This document shows, in pieces, positions 62,801-64,000 of a stretch of 64,000 nt of DNA. Each line of letters starts with the position of its first letter. Position 1 is the stretch's first letter. Source of the stretch: a virus; IMG/VR virus record IMGVR_UViG_3300042691_015660, one strand, 5' to 3'. The notes under the pieces were generated by a model, which saw only the letters and a list, made by a program, of their open reading frames with translations, searched no databases and was not told the DNA's origin. Both the position numbers and the translations under genes were made by a program.

Positions 62801-63998
62801 TAGTAAATGTATCAATTAAATCAATATCTTTTTTAGCTACTTGTCCAAAGTTGTATAATTTTAAATTTGCTTCAAATTCTATAATAGGGCGTGTTGCTCT
62901 TAAAGACTGATCGGTGTCAGGAATTTTTCCATTAGCTTCTGCTGATACTTTTATTACATCCTCGTGGAACCACCGATTATATCTACTCCAAGGATTTCTA
63001 TCTTTAGATCCTCTTGCCATAACAATATAATCGTTATCTCGTGGATAGGCGCTGGCTACACTAAACGGATCTTTATCAAATGCTGTATCGTCAAATAATA
63101 GTTCTGATTCCTCTGTGTAAGTACTGATAATTTCTAAAGCTGACTCTGGTATTAAAGTAATACTAGTGCCAACACCATCTACATACCAGTTTCCTTCTTT
63201 ATATTCAGCAGGATTTATATTTCCTTCAAAATTAAGTTTCATTCCATTAGACAACTTAATTCCTGATGTTAAAGTATAGTCCTTCTTTCCTAAAATATCT
63301 TTATCTAAATCTAAAAATGTATTTTCTTCTATGTCTAAAATTTGTATTACACCACCAGCGGTAGGATCATTTTCATTTACATAATATAATAAATTAGGTG
63401 CGTCTTTTCTAACTTTAAAAGTAATAACACCTTGTTCAACAGAAACCGCACTAACTCCTTTTGTATATCTGTCTAAGTCACCACCAGTCCTTGATAACTT
63501 AAAGCTGAAAGGATTTCCGACACTATTGATAGTAAAATTATAAGTCTGACCTCTAAATAATCTTAAAGTTGGGTTTCTAGTTAATCCATTTGGCGAGAAT
63601 AAAAAAGCATAGTTGTCGTCTTCGTCTACAAGATCTACAGTATATGTGCTTTCTATTTCTAATTGTTGTCCGAATACTTTAATGACATCGGGCCCATAAG
63701 CTAACCAATAGTAATTTTGAAAATTAACAAATTTATCCCAATCAATATGAGGATTCCAGGTATAAGTTTCCTGTTTATTCAGACGTTCGTGATTTTGTAC
63801 ATTCCCGCCAAAGACATTAATCTGATTTATATAATCAATATAATCTTTATAAAAAGTTACATTTTCAAATTTATCTTGAATTACAGCAGCAGGTTCTAAC
63901 TGGTAATCTTGTCTATTCTTGTCAGTAGCATCAATGTATATGTTATCAGATTTTGCTGATTTAGCATTTTGTCTACCAATAAACCCATTTACTTTTCG
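47898..63998 (-). CDS. Giant virion structural protein (baseplate wedge/adhesin-like), 5' end outside the window, at least 5366 aa
   Basis: Manual translation shows the frame stays open from 63254 to the window edge; FG-GAP-like propeller repeats, CBM5/12-like repeats, GxGY repeats, YHYH-like domain, repeated Ig-like V.VNG modules. Confidence 0.8.
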   Translation of the reverse strand, partial: RKVNGFIGRQNAKSAKSDNIYIDATDKNRQDYQLEPAAVIQDKFENVTFYKDYIDYINQINVFGGNVQNHERLNKQETYTWNPHIDWDKFVNFQNYYWLAYGPDVIKVFGQQLEIESTYTVDLVDEDDNYAFLFSPNGLTRNPTLRLFRGQTYNFTINSVGNPFSFKLSRTGGDLDRYTKGVSAVSVEQGVITFKVRKDAPNLLYYVNENDPTAGGVIQILDIEENTFLDLDKDILGKKDYTLTSGIKLSNGMKLNFEGNINPAEYKEGNWYVDGVGTSITLIPESALEIISTYTEESELLFDDTAFDKDPFSVASAYPRDNDYIVMARGSKDRNPWSRYNRWFHEDVIKVSAEANGKIPDTDQSLRATRPIIEFEANLKLYNFGQVAKKDIDLIDTFTTDVFSTIEGATGYNVDTIDLAPGMRVLFTADKDRLVTGKIFKVNFVKITVPQRQIEFVTDSTVNPNTDVITFTTDHFLSTGSQVTYLNNGNNSINGLSNRQQYYVFVVSATQIKLFNDSKLTKQVDLLSRGTGVHKFEVFSGVRRQINLVEEPDSTPLHYETVLVKNGNTNKGKMYWYDGDSWKLGQTKVKVNQAIHFDIFDSNGHSYGDNSVYDGSTFNGNKVFNYKTGNGSNDKILGFPLSYKNINNVGDIVFTFDLLQDSFTYKTFTSVQTKRTDIGYLRKYSSLDSWTYENGWKKSDIPNIQPVVRIFKESGLTNNFPVDVYDNTDDLADLEVRVYVNEKRLNREQYTLERGVVRFSVVLDNDVSLTDIVTLRCFSKQSKNNNGYYEIPVSLQNNPLNKNLESFTLGEVVDHVSSIVDNIVDFKGTFPGSGNLRDLGNLTAYGTRIIQHSSPLNLPLYHLSKPDINVIKSIIQSQEDYATFKRTFLITASNTGVEMDARRHVDLVLETMLKDRPKTSSYYLSDMFGYDGATRLEYLVEDGRFQRIFSISRSFSLDTLSNKAVYVYRNGEQLIEGQDYVFGNDDVFFNIVGELNDDDIIEVYEYESTDGSFCPPTPTKLGLYPKFKPRKYIDDTYLEPRLVIQGHDGSITLAYNDYRDDLLLELELRIYNNCKQTYDPSMFDIYDYIPGYSRKTAYSKEEFERVLSPNFFQWTNNINQDFTKQTYWDRTEPFTFNYRGNYYPDGTDSQAFWRGIYCWLFDTDRPHTNPWECLGFSSEPSWWKEVYGVAPYTKDNQLLWEDLAQGIIREPGKPPRYNLKFARPILLSSAPVDELGNLISPLDTNYVSGPIKSTAEGFYSFGDRSPVENAWRKSSYYPFALLKTILLLCPNSVMATCFDRSRQVRNLTNQLIYQPTGLRIKLSDIILPSTVNSTTRIFSSGLVNYIVDYATSDITFKIDEYIQDLQLLTNKISYRLGGFTSKNKFNILLDSKNPTSSGGVFVPDDNFNVFLNVSSPIKKLAYSGVIVSKFSDGYELRGYNVDEPFFTYYSFRQNDRTVRIGGISESYVEWDTNKTYVAGKVVSNGNVYYRVKTTHQSSDTFDESLYARLPALPMIGGTEAILRKGWDKNQELFLAYGTRFSTIQEVVDFLQGYGVYLEEQGFVFDQYNPQIKAIANWENSVSEFLFWTTQSWGEGSAISLSPSATKLIISSEKSVVDDIRNTFYGYKIFRVDGQLLSADFTSTFREDNTFTLIPENTAHGIYGGIFYLIQKEHVLLLDNTTLFNDIIYDQEPGYRQERVKVIGYVTTNWNGAFDIPGFIFDQASIKDYAPWTDYNLGDIIKYKEYYYSAKKFVIGAESFNSNEWTLLREKPTPELLPNWDYRAEQFTDFYDLDTDNFDSEQQRMAQHLIGYQNRQYLENIIKDDVSQYKFYQGMIIEKGTQNVLTKLFDVLSADNQESLTFNEEWAVRVGEYGASNVFDEIEFKLDESAFRLNPQPIQLVNEITSNTDLIYRIRSGEVYVKPIGFNNNPWPTTGVKKTLRSPGYVRYDDVKSNVNTLDDATAIDINEFEEGDYVWAAFENRDWNVYRFTKNTFSIEDVEYADGILTLQCNQFPNIQVGEIIGIVHSEKIKGFYKVDSLSARKIVIKTTIKDWKPPFTDSSQILTYKFISSRVDSIDNANESLPPYIKNKELLWADIGSRNLSYNGAIPYTVYSNEKVFFRTTLDNVTPAENLQFGSKVSIAKNGKYLAVSNLANEVYVFEKSPGTDLWYQQQYITPVLNLASSVNLNFGSEIAFSSDGKWLAIAAPTASNIRSNWKGDFVVSNTYGFGDIVQVRNTHFSARRGYAGDGSSIDRFSQDWAPAYLVTTEESKSANSNVNQGYVNLYIRTPGGQYNLFHSFVSPNPTSGEKFGSKMTFAKNGNEYVLAITSSGYNDNQGRVYMFRYAELEEDSSVSGWHMDYRRAYQGIFSPGKQYYPGDIVFYNYELYQCITLQDPNSFETNASGWELLDDINILGYFPQEVVSNVVDRSPIVITNILPNMPAAAVGQKVKRATVYYSTQVTAPFSPGQFIEIRSVVPVDYNGDWLVVSSTTTQTVIECTFPDKLPGTLITHPKYIFVSGGIITLAINSPVREQNVESVLPGDLFGYDVKMSGDGSKLVISAPNADQNTYTNYKGIFRSTEKYDLNDVVYYNGGNVNVGSLSIGQSYDIITIGTTDFTQVGAIPDATFTAGIRGSTTLAVLSSGFTGRIKVGAALYGTGVVPGTTITGVPSWDITDVVRTSNNLFTVTVTPALPSGLVFGSGMKFRISGVSDDRCNGTFTILGLTSNNSFRARIDTQFGIGGAGSLGPGGTVSSLLEGGPGFYNISTSNSNLNFDGKTLSEGKTFVATGTGSGTGTVYLSAGYYRYNVTFDSSVAGTFAPNKWSLISTEKNNGTGKIFTYQYDGDTFILIDTLGAQNLNLNFEQRFGESLSVTESGSHLAVSTTLYTDQFSNQGAVKVFEAYSGSWSPYQTLTSITPGTNHKFGHYVEFMNDAETMVVFSPNADIKNETVFDSSTTKFDNNTLRIVDLQVLSGRVDIFDRYNTNYIFGESLTTESFNDSTDGYGTSISVGSNNLVVAAPKEEDNNYTDSGVVYTYRKPAGKTSWSVLHYERARPNVYQIKKAFLYNRKENILVKYLDVVDPIQGKIPGPAEQEIKFKTYFDPATYTVGDNTVNIDDGMSWTNKHVGTLWWDLTNARFLENQGGEIIFRSTTWNTLYETASIDIYEWIESKLLPSERDKIADTEKGLISGISGKSKYGDTVYSIKKKYDTISKNFINTYYYWVKNSTITPNKEGRLLSADTISRLIADPKSYGYPCLALLGPDSFSLLNCDSYLKDKDIVLSVQYWITDKKEGNAHTQWKIISEHANTVIPYEIEQKWLDSLLGKDKNSRTVPDLRLPVKQRFGVENRPRQSMFVNRIEALKQFIERINSVLKDNLIVDEFDLTPLSRFEEKPSAATGLWDVTIDTDPELRFVGTSQLEQIILSPVIENGKIVDVDIVNPGKGYHHAPPVRITGKGQGAEVKVILTEAGAVQTVEILSQGFGYRSDTVLSTRPFSVLVLSDSDSYDKWTIYHYIKKDKTWSKARTQTFDVSRFWQYIDWYSVGYNQFTKINYIVENTYGLASLESSIGSIVKVKNVGSGGWLLLEKYNNETTIDYTRNYKVIGRQNGTIKFLDLLYNFKNQSLGFDGPLYDSDQYDTVPTTELSIILDTIKTKILVDNLRTEYLKLFFASVRYALYEQPFLDWAMKTSFVKATHHAGELKQKITYNSDNLQDFESYVKEVKPFRTKVREYVSAYNRVENAPLSVTDFDLPPVIDEELKIYPLTASLNENFAIGSSYSQLLDYPWKHWYDNASYSIETLELVDGGIGYLEPPTIKIIDDYGIVTSTNELKSNFDGPNSFWILNEGTMKIVATGLPYHSYGNVQSENLATDQSYSQIIPLRGGTYAAGGHANIPEGIIGYCLNGVAVFNPSAGNLAPEGLELVTNFDYNAAYASSQTLEYTFNQDQAGGIADSDGQYSYRDFSFRNAWISGIGNDLNDADKIEISEIPYLRTGLEHADGHSKILGFALDGYPIYGPNGYSVATDPSSGISRMTSSYGLKVSSYRIGIISDLQTYPMGMFIQDYEYTGNGTLDKHNGRYCITPDYPNGTYAYFVTTTNAGTPVYPYVIGPTFFGDAAPQDRNDASNGKGTPPRTYNIFNSNAVQAIAKAYITNGKVTRVSLITSGSGYFKAPRIEFEGGLDTTIVNRPAKAVAILKSNVIRSSKIIVKFDRITRNYFVTALTQVENFTGTGSRKQFALRFSPVLTIGHTTVKVNDNEILRDDYALSVKKTTVKGFTSYYGILTFENAPAIGATIEITYDKNFEHLSAADRIKEYYNPQTGQLGKDLAQLMTGIDYGGVIVTGLGLSIGGGWDSQPWFSEGWDGYDVGFTDIIIRVNDSTYTFDFRDFGDGNVPAAGEQINVYVNGVRIDDEYFDSYDGVTVQPNGRTSAPEGRVMQTWVGDGINSIIELPNLTSAIPLDINENDQVILRRNTSDGSINPDPKSFDTQLQGGNLSYTTATGFAPDDILVEGGGRFVTPETSHAPEEIVPGHITDTLNIKVFRVPQSGSSRIISKNYICDGATTAFDIGQFPNNTAGVFVNLENTILQKDTDYTIDWQTKTVNMIVAPADKKIINISSFGAASNNILDSNYFVADGSTSDYITNAPWPQLYSDSDFQQSIDRLGSIVLVNNETVEYELFRTDESYETTGFIGIRFPEPPEDNAVINYIMTGDANTTISLVNSSALDIDGSTVSYSLGNIPQDMAKPYENYLLVINNGNLLRPGESIYWLLKDNEYIYNITDYKALPFTLDPSTIKVYINGEQLSSLDYTLNNGNLTIEIRDFVYVEGGILTLTRFEDTDYTISGNNIIFDSAPSGDVEVVTFFNHTVQNIIRTKEFFNITSSLVPGSLTYYQYHSIRGGSLKLFRTTQSEDYVWIAKNRKLLVHSVDYYLDDDYRTIKFKDVFDETDVIDVILFGDNNVTNSFGFMQFKDMLNRTHYKRISKNKSTRLAKDLKQKDLIITVENGSVLTDPNRSLNLPGIVEINGERIEYLTKNGDVLGQLRRATLGTGSPAIHKMTSVVLDIGPTETIPYNDDFIVESSFGSGNTKNIGLSYAPIKDIENAYDLSAGRQYQIVELGTTNWNTIAGTSGITYTTGSTFVAAKAGSGSGKARGITYGQSNEIEVFVGGYRLKKNAYSLFGESNQYPDSPEADDQYESEFSVDGTDQVHLTNEVAENVKITVIKKVGRVWEDAAPPERVFKNIPVGSGGAVFDVIKNSNQYVLTMKRGGTNYAVGNTLTILGTRLGGSTPENDIIITVTDVSDDSSSSIVSYTYQGQGAKSGYTTTSLSESDNPIANFLKNTEAIWPQYLADKYQYVLLTDTGESITVDGDEPLELD

Positions 63999-64000
63999 TA

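Noticed and set aside
18139-63998. Many short plus-strand ORFs opposite the minus-strand genes (e.g. 40380-40790, 42410-42850, 55825-56187)
   Set aside because: Antisense shadows of well-supported genes, with no motifs or RBS support.
1-64000. Stop-codon reassignment (TAG is rarely used as a stop)
   Set aside because: Genes are full length and tightly packed under the standard code; TAG ends the 18139 gene at a sensible point.
1-64000. tRNA, rRNA, CRISPR array, intron or intein
   Set aside because: Intergenic gaps are about 105 bp or less and explained by promoter/RBS elements. I noticed no cloverleaf, spaced repeats, split genes or Hint motifs by eye; a covariance-model scan would be decisive.

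Overview
This is an AT-rich, gene-dense 64 kb segment of a large, T4-like tailed phage genome in the standard genetic code. I saw no rRNA, tRNA or CRISPR array. Two convergent blocks meet at about 18.14 kb. The plus-strand block (1-18149) holds a nucleotide/sugar-modification cluster: FolE, a QueD-like T-fold protein, QueE, a GT-B glycosyltransferase, a phosphoribosyltransferase, a HIT hydrolase, UDP-glucose dehydrogenase, and Gfo/Idh/MocA and Zn-dependent dehydrogenases. It continues with a T4-type RNase H/flap nuclease, a MoxR-vWA pair behind perfect sigma70 promoters, and thyX. The minus-strand block (64000 down to 18139) starts with a structural giant of at least 5366 aa, open to the window edge, followed by eight tail/fibre genes. 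Directly downstream is an ~18 kb, tightly coupled enzyme array: 4 glycosyltransferases, a methyltransferase, 9 radical-SAM enzymes of three subtypes, 2 QueC-like PP-loop ATPases and an SDR. This array is the best candidate for an undescribed system, which I infer to be virion or fibre glycan building and radical tailoring. Other highlights are a possibly glycosylated 7-deazaguanine DNA-modification pathway, a candidate overprinted gene inside thyX, a promoter whose spacer is a terminator-like hairpin, and four-level nested domain insertions in the giant protein. All product calls come from motifs read by eye; no database searches were run.
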